A stretch of DNA of 63,937 bases, the filler included, from Folioceros fuciformis (lineage: Eukaryota), in the NCBI GenBank assembly GCA_049999805.1. It is 4 parts of 3 records of this genome, joined end to end, with 100 filler letters (N's around TTAATTAATTAA, not from the genome) between each part and the next. Parts side by side here need not be neighbours in the genome. Positions count along the whole stretch, not along the records: positions 1 to 29,184 come from JBNGIO010006328.1; 3 more parts are not named here. One strand, written 5' to 3'. Made by a program: the position numbers and the translations under genes. A model generated the notes under the pieces. That model saw only the letters and a program-made list of their open reading frames with translations. It did no database searches and was not told the DNA's origin. Shown piece by piece: positions 1 to 13,513 of this stretch. The stretch's first letter is position 1. Each line of letters starts with the position of its first letter.

Positions 1-141
1 AAAAATGACCAAGATAGGCAATAAGCCAAGCCCCATCTGCTCTTACACGGTTCACAAAAAATGACCAAGATAGGCAATAAGCCAAGCCCCATCTGCTCTT
101 ACACGGTTCACAAAAAATGACTAAGATAGGCAATAAGCCAA
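1..141. repeat. 56-bp tandem repeat, ~2.5 copies (cut by window edge)
   Basis: aaaaatgaccaagataggcaataagcc... recurs at 1, 57 and 113. Confidence 0.9.
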
Positions 142-271
142 CCTACAGCAACCTCCAGCACCTTCCACAAAACATCTACAGACTAGGGTCGCTATTGCTA
201 CAAGATTAGCCTACCAACAGAAAAACTATAGGAGTTCACCATCTCTACAGCACCAACGCTAGTGCCTCTAA

Positions 272-412
272 CCTGCCTACATATCCAGACCCTGCACTGC
301 CTACATATCCAGACCCTGCACGCCACATGCATCCTTATACCTCGCGATCCCTACCACAAGAGGCAGCCACATGCATCCTTATACCTCGCGATCTCTACCA
401 CAAGAGGCAGCC
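272..412. repeat. Two adjacent short tandem duplications (~25 bp and ~44 bp units)
   Basis: ctgcctacatatccagaccctgca x2, then ccacatgcatccttatacctcgcgatc(c/t)ctaccacaagaggcag x2. Confidence 0.85.
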
Positions 413-1112
413 TCCACATCTGCTGCACAGTTACGTATATTCGCCCTCAGCTTGCGCAAATTACTTTCCAGTGACTCCACCAACTCAAGGCTGTTGTGCA
501 AAGAATGCACCGCGTTCGCTAGGGTGTCCGTGACATTGCCTCTGTTGGTGCCTCCCGTTGTTGCGCGTCGCCCTAGTCTGCCGCGGGTGGCACCTCGCCG
601 TGGATGCACAGGCGTGTCCTTCTCCTCTCTAGAGGAGCACACCTTAGAGTAGGAGAGCTCGCGCAGCCGCTTCCGCACCCTTCTCGTTGGCGAGATGCTG
701 GACCCGGAACTTTGATCCACATCACCACCCCGTCGACCGTCCTACCCTCCACCACTACATGGGGTCCCCTGGGAACCTCCTCCGCTAGCTGCGGTGTGTC
801 TCTGGTGACCGCAAGGTCCCAGCTTCGCTTTAGAAGTGTTTTTGTTGTTGTCCTGCCCGTCTTTCGTCGTTTCTATGTTGAGCATATTGTTGTTATCTCA
901 CTATCCCAAATTTCAAACATACAGTACTGCGTTCGTATGTGGATCTTTTATATGCAAAGTGCTGAGCCGCCACTCGCACGAATGGGATTTATATCAAGAT
1001 GAAGGTCAACAGCAAGCAAGGATTCCCCGGCTCAAGTTGAGTCCTGTGTCCACGCAGCGTTGCATCCCGAATTCCACAGCGGTGAAATCAAGATGTCGTG
1101 CCTTGAATCGGG

Positions 1113-4100
1113 ATGGTAGCCCTGGACACTGTTCTGCGGAGAGCGCTTAGAGCAGGTGTGTCCTTGAACATGGAGTTGGCTCGACCTTGGCAACACGGGC
1201 GTGCTGTGGGGTCCAGGAACTACTCTCTGCTGCACCGCAGGGTGTGGGCGCGTCCTATCTCTGTTGCTGGTGTCAATCATCGGTATCTTCGCTGCAGTCC
1301 GTTGTGTTCTGTCAGACGGTTGGGGAATGGCCCGGTCCATTCTGCTGCCATTGAGGTGGAGCTGTGCCCGGAGTCTGCCTTGTCCACGGTGCCGCACAAA
1401 GGGCTTGGAGTTTTGAATCGCGAGCAGGTGGAGGCTGTAACCAGCAAGGCCAGCTGTGTGAGGGTACTGGCCGGTCCTGGATCAGGGAAGACACGCGTGC
1501 TCACGCACCGCATTGCTCATCTCATTCAGGATCTTGGTGTTTCGCCTTCCAACATTTTGGTAGGTTTCAGATTTTTTTTCGCGATATCGGGAAAGCTGTT
1601 GGACGATTTTGGAGATTGCGGTTGAAGTTCTGTTTTCGAAATAGTGCAGGGCATCACATTCACGAATAAAGCAGCTAATGAAATATGTGAAAGGCTGGAG
1701 ACCCTTCTGAAGAGTTTAGGTGGAAAGAAGCCCACGGTACACAGTCCTGGAACAACCCCCGGGTTGGTTTGAATAGTTCAGCCATTGTGGGGAGCATAAG
1801 CAGTTTTCTGATACCAGACCTTCAGTATCGACCGTCAGAGCGGGAGCCGATTTTTCTCGTTTGTAGACAGGAACCTTTCACTCAGTTTGTGGGAAAATCT
1901 TGCGGAGGGACATTGGCGAACTAAAAGCTGGGCTCACCCAAAATTTTGTAATATATGATGAAGGAGATTCTGAGAAGCTATTGCGGCAGATATGCATAGA
2001 GGTACTTGCGATCATTTTGTCTTTTCTGAATCTCTTCGTCGTCTAAAAAGTCTAACCGCCAGACCTAGTGTGAAATGGTCTAGGTGCTGGCAAAAGCAGG
2101 CTTGTGGTCACGAAGCTCTTCCAAGAGTGAGCAAGATCCTGTAAGAGATGTTCTTGTGAAGAGCAAGTATGCGGAAGGTGAAGAGGGGAAGAAGTTTGAA
2201 CTGGATTTTGCCAAAAAATTGCTGTACTGGATCACAGGCCCGATTCGAGAGAAGGCCAATCTGTCAGATTCTGTTTCAAGCGGATTAGAAGAAATCCTGA
2301 AGAAGGATGACATCGCTATTTCTTCGAAAAGGATGAAGGAGCTGTTGAAAAGGGTCCTAGACATCAAGACAGGAAAGTTACACCAGTTTATAGTCAAGCG
2401 GAGAGGGGGGTTTGCAGAACAAATCGCGGGAGATAACCTGTTTGGGCGGTTAGCCTCTCAGTATGAGGTAGTGTTTTCAAACTTTTTGTTAGAATCATGC
2501 GTCAGTCAGGAGTATGAAGCCTACGCCTGTGTGCCTGCTTGTAGCTGCCACGGTTATATTTTCGTTCTCCAGCTCTCAACAATTTCCTCTTCAAGTTAGG
2601 AAGGGTCCCTTATGCCAGGAAGGGTCTGTTGTGCTGACAAGTCCTACAGTTCATGCTAAAGTTTGTTCAATTCATGCAATTTCTTGTGCTTTGCAGGCTG
2701 GATTGAGAAGCTGCAATGCTATCGATTATGATGACATGCTTGGCTTGACTGTCAAGCTTTTACACTTGTACCCTTCTGTGCTTAAGGTACCGTTCCTATT
2801 GCACTTTAACAAGTCACTAGCCAGTCTTCTACCGCTACATAAACACGATGGATAGTCACGACGTCTATGCTGCAGTATTGGCAGAGCTGTTGGCAACATG
2901 TTCTGGTGGATGAGTTCCAAGATACAAACCAGGTTGGCATGTCATCGATTTTGCTAGCCGAGTTACATGTAGGTCATGAATACGTAAATTGTTGGAATAG
3001 ACCAAATGTTCGGAAAAGTGGATTTTGCAGGTTCAGTATGAATTTGTACGCCTATTATGCCAATCAAATAGAAACCTTTTTGTGGTCGGGGACGTTGATC
3101 AGGTATTCCAGCCATAGCTAACAGTGATGCAAGGGTTCTCTGTCGTGAGAATTTTGGTCCATCTGCACTGAAAGTCTATTTGCTATCACAAAACTCAAAT
3201 CTTTGCATTCTCCTGGACCTGTTACCACTCTTGTTGTGAGGCTGAGACTCAAATTATGCCTCACAGGCTATCTATGGGTGGCGTGGCGCTGATGTTCGCA
3301 ACATGCAGTCTTATCTACTAACACACTTTCCAGAAATGGTCACGTATGAGGTTAGCGATTACACCGGCTCACGTATTTCTGTTTGTGATTGTGACTCATC
3401 CTCTTAAGTTAATCTGGAGACCAATATTATCGGCCGTCTTTGGTTGCATATTTAGTGCGTTAGTTCACTATTTCCAAACTACTCACAAACGTGCCTTGGT
3501 TCAGCTGCGGAAGAATTACCGATCATCTGCAAACATCGTAAAGCTAGCTTCCTTCATAATCAGCCAAGGCAGAGCAAGAACTGAACAGACTAAAGAGAAG
3601 CCGTTGGAAGCAACGCTGGTATAAGCTCCTGGATTCCACTTGTTCTCACAACTCCTTTTTTCACTAGGTGCCTTCTTTAACGCCCATATTGTTTGACTGT
3701 AGCCTGCAGGCTTGCCGGTCGAAATTTCTGTGACAAAAGATGAAGAAGCTGAGGCGAAATATTGTGTACAGCGAATCTTAAGATATGTTGAAAATGGCGA
3801 AAGTAGTTGGGGAAGCTGTGCTGTTATGTATCGCGCTCGAGTCCAGGTAACCTTTTTGTTGTTGAACTACGTGGCTGATCAACCACAATGTTGACGTAAA
3901 GGAATTTTCTGACAAGGGTCTTGGCTGCATCAGCGAATTGCTGTTCAGGCAGCACTTCAGCAAGCTTGCATTCCTTTCAGAGTGTATGGAGAGACAGCGC
4001 TACTGCAACACAAAGTGAGTGTGTCAACGGCTGATTGCCAACTTGTCCTTGCTTTTGTAGCTGTACATGTCATTTTGTTTCTAACGGAAACTTTGTGGTA

Positions 4101-5771
4101 ATTGGCTTGTAGGAAACAAAGGATCTGCAAGCTTATTTGATCCTTCTTTTAAACTTAAACCATGAGGTCGCTCTGAGGCGTGTCATCAATACACCACCAC
4201 GAGGTATTGAATGGTCAGGACCATAAACCTGAGATCAGACAGCCTCTCATTCAGATGTTCGTGACTGGCGTTTGAGGTGGTTGACCTCCTTGCACGGCCT
4301 TCTGCAGGAATTGGTGAGAAGTCGCTTGATGCCATAAAGGAGTGGGGTTCCACAAAGGGGCTGCCTCTTCCAAAAGCCGTTGAGGCACGTCTGTCATCTA
4401 TGCTCATGCAAAGCTCGAGACAGTGACATATGTGGCTTGTGTTGAGTTCATGATTCTGACATTTGCACTCTTATATTTTGCATAATTTGCGTTTGTTATT
4501 GGACGACAGTCATTTGCTCATTTGAGTCCTTCTACAAAAGAAGTGAAGGTTGCCCCGAAGGCCAGGCAAGTTTTGGTTTGTCTCTGATTTTGAAGAGCAC
4601 GATTCTGCGTTGCTGGTGTTAGGCAGCTGTCAAAGAAGTCTTCTGCATGCCTGTGTATGTTCCTTACGTTGCCTGCTCCTCACAGGAGAGCGGTTTCAGA
4701 GTTTTGTGCAATCATCCAGGAGCTTCGTCTACTGAGAGAATCTTCTTCAGTTTCAGACATCATTGACGCAATCCTTGTTAGGTCCGTCACTCAGGTTATT
4801 AGAGTGCTCTAGAGAGACGAGTTTGAACGTATGGTCCTCATCTGGCTTTTGATGCTCCAGCAGATGTCATCTTTGTTTTGATAGTTTGTGAGTAATACTT
4901 TGCAGAACCAACTATGTTGAGTACTTAAAGGGCCAGGCGGGCAATGACCCTGGTGGCTTCGAGAAAAAACTCGAGCACATATCGCAATTCAAGGTATGAT
5001 TCTGTTAAGCACACACCCAGTTATGAGAGGGTGGTCTTCAATTTCGTTCGAAACGCAAGCTTTCCCAGCTGCGAGTCAAGCACTTTCGAGAAGGTCATCA
5101 TTTGTCTTGAATGTCGGAATTGGTCTCAAAGGCTCTGGCGGATTGCCCAAATGACTCTGACGAGGTGGAAGATAGTGTCACTCAGTTTTTGCAAAACTGC
5201 TCCCTGATGTGGGGTGATACGGACAATAAGGTGTGGATTCAATGGTCATGCACACTGCACGTTATGGAAAGGCGGGCGTTGGAGTAGGGCTCATGATCTC
5301 TTGCTTGTTTGCAGAATGTAGTGAAGCTGATGACACTTCACGCAGCCAAGGGTTTGGAGTTTAAATGTGTATTTCTGATTGGGCTTGAGGATGGAAATTT
5401 TCCTGTATATCGCTCGGGCGAGGAACTAGCTGAGGAGAGGCGTCTCTTTTACGTTGGTATCACTCGAGCTGAGAGGCAACTGTAAGTTCCAGCCTTTTAC
5501 GCATGAGGTTGGTGAATTGCTTATTAGAGGTTTGTTGGTAGGGGTTGGTCAAAAAAGAGAACTCACATATTTATCCGGTTATAACAGGCACTTGACGTAC
5601 AAGAAGAACTGTTACCTAATGGACAGGAGCAAACAGGTTGATGCGAAGCCGTCTCGGTTTCTTTCAGAACTGCTAGAGTCATCTCCGCTGCAGGGTGTCG
5701 AGATTCATGATCTTACCACTCCATCACCAATGAAATCATTGGGAAATTCAGTTCGGAGAAGGAGATTTTGA
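1113..5771 (+). CDS. uvrD: Multi-exon SF1 DNA helicase, UvrD/PcrA/Rep family, with a probable N-terminal organellar transit peptide
   Basis: Motifs in order across GT-AG exons: [111 protein letters not shown]. Stop TGA ends at 5771. The start codon is inferred. Confidence 0.9.
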
Positions 5772-5824
5772 CAGACCCAGCTGTTAAGTCCTCGAGAGGG
5801 GAAGGAAGAGTATGGTGCTCCAGG

Positions 5825-8800
5825 TTAGCAACATTCTCCTGTCCTTGCTGATCCGTTCCCTTCTGCAGACTTTTCTTTCTGCCTGGCAAGTCCTTCCTTA
5901 TCGTTTACTGACTTTCTGGGCTCTAGTCCCATGCTTCGCAGACATTGCACAACATCTGTCATGGCGGGCCTGTTCTGCCTGCTGGGTTGCACACATTGCA
6001 GAGCAAGTGCCACGAGTCGGGAGAACCGGCTTCTGCTGTAGTCACCTTCCAGCCTTGAATCTGCCAGATCTTCTGTTGTACCCGTGACCAAGGTGTGGCG
6101 CACCTGATTTGAGATGGGCAGACAGCTTCAGGAACAATGTTCCCCAGGACGTTGGGAACAAGGTTACTACTCCAGAATGTCATACGTACCAACTCTAGGA
6201 TGTGGACTTGCTCTGACTGTTTCACCGTTATTGGTGGTTTTCCAGTTATGATCTCCAGTAGGAGAATGCCGAAACTATAGACGTCGCTTTTATCAGTTAG
6301 CTTTTGTGACGTGTAGTATCTGCAGTTCAAGCATAGCCCATCAGAGAAAACAAGAACATAGAGCATGTCGGCAATATCTTGTTAATTAGGAATCCATACT
6401 CTGGGTCAAGATATCCTGTGGTCCCTTTCACTATAGTGGTTATGTGGGTTGCGTCTCCATCGTCCATACGGGAAAGCCCAAAGTCCGCTACTCTGGCGCA
6501 TCCGTCCTCCGTGAGAAGGATGTTGGTGCTTTTCACATCTCGATGAATGATACCGGGCTTGCATCCAGTGTGCAGATAACACAGTCCTGCGATGAAATCA
6601 ATAAAGCTCATGCTTGAAATGGAGTTGAACGAGGTTAGGGCTTGGCACACTCACCCTCTGCCACCTCCATTATTATGCTTGTTCGGTCCTTCCAGGTCAG
6701 TGGGGCAGAGCCTCCTGTCCCAGCTCCTACAACCAACGGAATCAGACACGGCCTTCCCCTTACATTTATTATGCGTGTAGCATACATTACCATGAAGTCT
6801 TCTGTGCAAATCCCCTCCCTTCAGGTACTCGTAAACCAAAATCTTGCGCCTCCATGCTTGACAATAGCCAACCAGGGAAACCAAGTGTTTGTGATGCACC
6901 AAGGACAGCAGCTCTATCTGTGCATGATGTAGGTGAGGTTAACCATGAAATCTGTGAAAGCTGTTTCCAAGGCTAAAACTTGCTGAAAACTGACTCGCCT
7001 CATTGAGGAATTCTTGTCTTCCTTGATGCGACTTGTGAGACATGACCTTGACAGCAACTTCTTGTCCGCTGGCCAGTCTACCGTGGTACACGGAGCCGAA
7101 TCCCCCTTCTCCTATTTGGTACTTGAACCCTTTGGTTGCTTTTCTCACCTTGGCTAGCGAATAAGGTTGAGCTTTGACTCCTTGCTTCCGCAGCCGTTCT
7201 TGGAGCTTTCGGTAGTCTCTGTCGAAGAGCCCTGAAGTCATGTGCACATCATGAGGAGTCAGATGGGATTGCAGTTCTAAGAAGCCAAACGATGGGATTG
7301 CAGTCCTTAAAAGCCGAACGATTCCTTGAGCACTAGCAGTACCAACCGTTGGTTGACGACGTGTAGAGAATGCAGACATAAGTGATTGGAAGAAGGAACA
7401 GAACAAAAAACACGCCAGCCACGACACAGGCAGCAATTAACCAGGAATGCGAACTTAGAGTCACGCGAGCTGGAGCAGGGCATCCCCTGCCGTCGAGATG
7501 GCACACACTGAGGCCGGGATTTCCCGAGAATCTAATGATCCAACGATGTTAGCGCGCATTGCTTAAAGAATTCAACTAGCTGTCGTCACATCCAGAGTAC
7601 AGCTTACTTGATGTTGTTTCTCCCCAATTTTTCGATAAGTGTTTCTGGAATGGAGCCCGTTAGTTGGTTGTTGGATACATCCCTGCAGTCCAGGAGGAAG
7701 TCAGCATGAATCAAGGGACTTGGTATTTGTCTGAAAGAAGAGCTCGTTGGGGAAGCAGCAATGGTTTCTGCTCTCTCACAAAGTTTGTAGGTTTTGAAGG
7801 CCATTGAGAACAGCTATCGGGAACTCGCCACTGATATTGTTGCTGGAAAGGTTCCTGAACACGAGAGCAGAGAGATTAAGCCGGGTTAATCAAGCGCTGG
7901 ATATCAATCAGACGAAAGAGCCTTACAAGCTGGTCAGCCTTGCCAGACTGGCAAAGCTTGAAGGAAGTGGTCCCGTCAGTTGGTTGTCTGATAAATCTCT
8001 GTGAATAGAATCAAGAGAGTTGCGATCAGCTCCAACATGTGACATATGAGCATGCAACCTTGCAGACGACATATGCACAGTGCTGATTACAGGATGGATA
8101 ACTTGGACAAATTCCCAATGGATTCGGGGACTGGGCCGCTGATGTTCCTGCCGGAGAGAATTCTGACATGTACGAGTGTCAACAATGGGTCAGGTAGATG
8201 TTGGTGTCTGTGTCCAATACAGTAAGTACCCCGCAGGTGCAAAAGGAGGACGTCCAACGATGTCTTACAAGGAAGAAACTTCGTGAAAGCTTCCTTCGGT
8301 GCATGTAATTTCGTCCCATGGTACAGGCAAACAAGGATCTCCTGTCCATTGAAGTAATTGCATGTCCCTCTTGATGCTTTGCAAGGCTTCCTCTGAGTTC
8401 AGCAGCACAACCAACTTCTGTCATGAATGCGGACTTGACACGTACGAGAGGTGGGCAAATAAAAAGCGCAGGAGATGATGTCATGACTGTGGCGCCATAA
8501 CCAAATTTATCTTACTGTCCGACGGCCTGGTGCCTTCTTCCACGGAGCGAAGAACAAACAACTCAGCCGCATTCAGTAGTGCGTCCCGAGTTGAGTTGAT
8601 CGTTCTGGAGAAGGTTACGTTGAGCGAAGGCACGTACACAGTGGAGTCGAAGCCCAAAGATGGAGCATACGCTACCACTGGCATGACGAAAGCAGAGAAT
8701 GGTGGCGCTCGATCGGTCAAGTTCAGCACAATGGAGACGTAGCCATCCAGAAGCCCCCTCTTTGCAAAATGCCCTTCCATCACACGCCTGCAGGCCGCAC

Positions 8801-10227
8801 AATCCAGGCTCGGATCAAACCATACCAGTTTACAACTTGCATGAATTACAAGAGGGTTGAGCTCATACTGGTCCGAAGTTGATGAGTTGAGGTCCGCAAA
8901 GTATAGAATGCTGTAGATGTATCCTGTGGATGCTGGCAGAGGAAATGCAAAGGAGATAGTGGGACTCTCGATTGCTGTAGACATGACTCTCTGTGGCGGA
9001 TCATAATGTTTGCCTTCTGCAATACGAATACGAGTAGGAGCAGTTTTCAGGTTTCTGAGCCCTCCCATATTTGGGAACGCTTGCACGTAGGGAAGCCATC
9101 TCCTGTCCCATGGATCGTGCGGATACCTTGCAATTTTCATACAGATAATTGTGAGCTGACACAAAAACCTTATGTTCACAGTTCTGTGGGCAAACCGGGG
9201 CATGGGATGGGCTCTCGTGAAACGATGTGAGGAAGACCGTCCTCACCTGTAAGTAAGGCGTTGCTCACCAAAGTTCACTCTGTTGGCCAGAAACAGATGG
9301 ACATTACTGACATAGAGAGAATAATCTTCAGGGCTGTAGAGGTCATTGCTCAGGATGCGAGACTCTAAGGAGTTGATGAAAGAAGCGTGCTTGTTGTCGA
9401 GACGAATCAAGCAAACACTGATGCTGCTGGAAGTGGCTTCTGCAGTGACTGCCTCAAAATACTGAGGTCCCCCTGCGCTTGAACTGTCGCAGGATACCGT
9501 GTTCCAGAATGTGCCATCTAACGAGATCTGCATCAACTCGAAGGACGAGCTTTACTTACGGAGCAAACTTGCTGCAGGTTTAGGAGCTCAAAAACGATTG
9601 CAACGGGTGGACATACATTGAATGCGGTATCCGGGTAGGTCGTGAACGTCTCGTAGGCATTGCATAGGAAGCCAGCTCGAATGAGGTAAACCTTACCAGG
9701 GTCCGTAGGAAGCCAATAGCAGTTCTTCCTTGGACTAGAAGATGCTGGAAAATATCTCACGTCCCGCATTTCTAGGGGCAAGACTTCCCGTAGACCAGGT
9801 GAGTCTGGACTCTCTCGAGTCTTCGTTTTCGTCCCTGTGAAAATGTAGTTGTCATCCGTCTGCCACGGGAAGCCGGTGCTTGGATCTGTGTGATTAAATC
9901 CTCCACAGTTGATGCTCACAAATCCTGTGCAGACAATTGATGCAGTTGAATTGCTGCATCTCAGGTATGCGTACGACATCTCACGTATTATATATAAACT
10001 ACTCGAAATACTCGCAATGTGGTCAGAACAACTTTCTCCCTTCTTCTGGGCACCGACCTGTAGGATACTTGCCAGATTGAGAAGAAGCGCAGTATCTCAA
10101 CCTGGTGAGGCTCAGGATTAGCAACAGAACTACCTGCAGCCACGGAGGCTCCATATGAAGTGGTATGTGTAACAATCATAACAGCAAATAAGATGGACCT
10201 GAGCAGGACAGAAAATCGACAGAACAT
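5825..10227 (-). CDS. Malectin-like domain / LRR receptor-like Ser/Thr kinase (LRR-I type), multi-exon
   Basis: Signal peptide [19 protein letters not shown]; malectin-like [45 protein letters not shown] exons ([23 protein letters not shown]); hydrophobic TM segment near 7400-7440; kinase [46 protein letters not shown]. Confidence 0.92.
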
Positions 10228-10879
10228 AAAACTCGATTAGTGTTTGTAGCCTAACGCTGCAAGGAAGCCATTATATTGTGCAAAAATGTCAGCCTGTAAA
10301 TGTCCTCAACTGAGGGGAACCGAAAGATTCCATGAGGATTCTCTCGGAAGCTGTCGCCCATGATCTTCGATCACCGTGATATTCGTCATTCGAAGCATAA
10401 CTGGAATCAACGTTTTTGTTGCCACATGGAATCGATGGACCTCATATGATTATCATCAGGGTTTGTACCTAAACGCCACTGCTTAGCTTATTACTTAGCA
10501 CACCTCTGATCGTCCACAAGGGAAGATATTTTGGCTCGGGACTGGTTCCGATGCAAGTTCAGAGTCTCTCCACTTGTCAGGCTTTCAGGCAAGTTGCCTT
10601 GCCGACACCAGGCTTCCACGCGTTTGCAATAAGAGACAAGGATTTTCTCCCGCTTGGGAATCTGGGAAAGCCCAGCAACACGCAAATCACAGGTCTGCTT
10701 TCGTTTTGCCCACCAGAACTGATGTTGTACAGAAGGTTCTACCCTACCAGAAGGTTCGATGCACAAACCTAAACTCCGCGAGGCATCCTCTGCAGCAATA
10801 AACTTAGCTAACCTTCCTCTTCATCCAACTCAGAGAAGATTTCCCCACTTCGATTTGTCGAGATCACATCCGAGCCGAA

Positions 10880-12235
10880 TTTCTTTACCTCTTGGGATGT
10901 TGTTCGACTGGATAAGGAAATTGGCATTTCCTTCCTCCGTTTGAGATGTTGTTGGACTGAATAAGGAGCTTGCCATTTCCCTCGTGCCATGTTTTGCGAC
11001 TTAAACTCTCTCTCTGAATAAGGAACGGGCAATCTCCTTATTCAATCCGCAACATCACGCATGCATAGCCCACGTGTTATGCCATTTCCTCTTGTGATGT
11101 TCTTCCATTTTTCTCTCACGATATTGTCCTCCTGAATAAGGAACTTGCCATTTCCTCCCTGTGATGTTACACAACTTCAACGTTTCGAAGTGAACATTCC
11201 TCTTGCGAAGTTGTCTCACCAGGAGCTTCAATTGCGTAACATCACAAGGCACTTGCCGTCTACTATGTGCAACATCACTGAGAGGGGGCTGCACAACTTC
11301 GAACATTCCCTCTTGCCATGTAGTCCCATTGAACAAGGGCCTTGCAAAAGGGGGCCTTCCTGCAGTTCAATCACACATCACATGACGGCAAGAAGCTACC
11401 TTGCTAGGGTTGTATGACTTGTACATTGGGACGTTTGCCAAACCAAACAAGGAGCTTGTTGCACATCACACAACTCCTTGTTAAATCGCACAACATCACA
11501 AGAGGGGAAGACAACATCACAAGAGGGGAAGACAACATCACAAGAGGGGAAGACAACATCACAAGAGGGGAAGAAGACGCCTTGCTCGGTCTCACAAGAG
11601 GGGAAGATGTCTTGCCCAAACTATAAGAAGCAGCCTTGCTTAGTCTCACAAGAGGGGAAGATGCTGCCTTGCCCAAACTTTACATATACAACTTGCCTAG
11701 GCTGTACATATACAACTTGAACATTCCCTCTTGTTGGTTAGCCCGACGCAATAAGGAGCTTACTACCAACTCCTTGTTGAATCGCAAGAGGGGAAGAAGC
11801 CACCATGCTCAAGCTCACAAGAGGGGACAAAGCCACCTTGCTTAGGCTCATAAGAGGGAGAAGAAGCCACCTTGCTCAAGCTCACAAGAGGGGATGAAGC
11901 CACCTTGCGTAGGCTCATAAGAGGGGAAGAAGCCACCTTGCTTGGGCTCATAAGAGGAAAGAAGCCGCCTAGCTGGGCTCATAAGAGGGGAAGAAGTTGC
12001 CTCGCTTGGGGTCTACATATACAACTTGAACATTCCCTCTTGAACATTCCTTCTTGTGGCGTTGTTCGACTCAATACGAAGCTTATTCCGAACTCTTTGT
12101 TGAATTGCACAACATCACAAGAGGGGAAGAAACCGCCACACTTGCTAGGGCTACTTATAGTAGGGAAAGAAGTGTCACACTTGCTAGGGTTACTTGTGGT
12201 AGGCAAAGTGTCACACTTGCTAGGGCCACTCGTAG
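10880..12235. repeat. Array of an (a)catcacaagagggga(ag) motif in direct and inverted orientation, probably transposon-derived
   Basis: 21-bp unit acaacatcacaagaggggaag x4 at ~11490-11573; ~39-bp degenerate units at ~11570-11670 and 11785-12010; reverse-complement forms (ttcctcttgtgatgtt) at ~10880-11170. Confidence 0.8.
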
Positions 12236-13186
12236 GACCTGTAGGGGCTTACAATCCTAGAAAATGTTAAGGTCATACTACTTAAAGCATGTATTAGGGC
12301 ACATCAAATACTACTTATGTACCACAATTATCAACAGACCCTAGAAAGAGGGCTTTTATGTAGCTACCTTACAACTCTCACTTTCTTCTCTTCTCTTCTC
12401 TTAGCTTATCTAATATTCACAAACAAGCACCACCTATTGTGGTCATTTGTGTCTTGAAAGGTCATGTACTATTCACAAACAAGCACTTTACAGGGCAGTT
12501 GCAATATAAGCTTCTATAGTACATATAACATCACACATTCATCTAATAAAGCATTTCCCGTAATCAAAAGTCATGTAGAAGACATAGAAAGCAAGCACAA
12601 GTACAATGCAATTGCAATGTAAGCTTCTAATACTATATTACATGTAACCTCACACATTAATCTAATGATACATTTTAAGCAATCAAAAGTTAACTCCAAG
12701 ACTACAAGAGATATTTATTTATTTAATAAAAACAAGATGGAAAAACCCATCTACCCCTTGAAGAGAGATAAATCATGATTGAGATCCCTAAGGGCTAACT
12801 CTCTAAAACCTAATGACTACCAATAACACCTAAAGACTAGAAGACTTGGAAAGCCACAACTGCAAATCTTCTCCTTGTTGTAGCACTTGGAGAAATGCCA
12901 TCGGAATGGCAACATCCTACTTTAATGAAATTAATAATCAGACAACAACCATTCAACCATTGTCTATGATTATCACATATAAAGCAAGCTTATAAGTTTA
13001 AGATGCAAAAATCCTTGTTTGAGTTAGAACATGAGATTAACCATCTTATCAAAGCTAGTACATCTTGCAATAATCTCAACAAACTTATCTGAAGGAAAGA
13101 TAAATATCTTACTTCAAATGATTGTTTGCCTAGAACTCCATGTGTTGAAGATGCACTCTCTAACTTAGCAATAGTTAATAGCATCT

Positions 13187-13450
13187 CAAGTCTAGACTCA
13201 TACTAGATAGAACACTAGGTCCCCTTAAATCAAGTCTAGACTCATACTAGATAGAACACTAGGTCCTCTTAGATCAAGTCTAGACTCATACTAGATAGAA
13301 CACTAGGTCCCCTTAAATCAAGTCTAGACTCATACTAGATAGAACACTAGGTCCCCTTAGATCAAGTCTAGACTCATACTAGATAGAACACTAGGTCCCC
13401 TTAAATCAAGTCTAGACTCATACTAGATAGAACACTAGGTCCCCTTAGAT
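13187..13450. repeat. 44-bp tandem repeat x6 with alternating variants (88-bp higher-order unit)
   Basis: caagtctagactcatactagatagaacactaggtccccttaRat starts at 13187, 13231, 13275, 13319, 13363, 13407; copy ends alternate aaat/agat. Confidence 0.95.
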
Positions 13451-13513
13451 GAAGTCTTTGTCTTATAGAATTATAGTTATTTAAAATTCAGAATAACCAC
13501 ACCACCACATAAC

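Noticed and set aside
379-720. 113-aa minus-strand ORF with a coiled-coil-like end
   Set aside because: No recognisable domain; it ends inside a tandem duplication in repeat-rich DNA.
11404-12270. ORFs with repeated peptides (ITRGEDN, SSPLVML)
   Set aside because: By-products of 21- and 39-bp repeats whose lengths are multiples of three.
13187-13450. Regular arrays as a possible CRISPR locus paired with the CHAT protease
   Set aside because: Units are head to tail with no unique spacers, there are no cas genes, and the context is eukaryotic.
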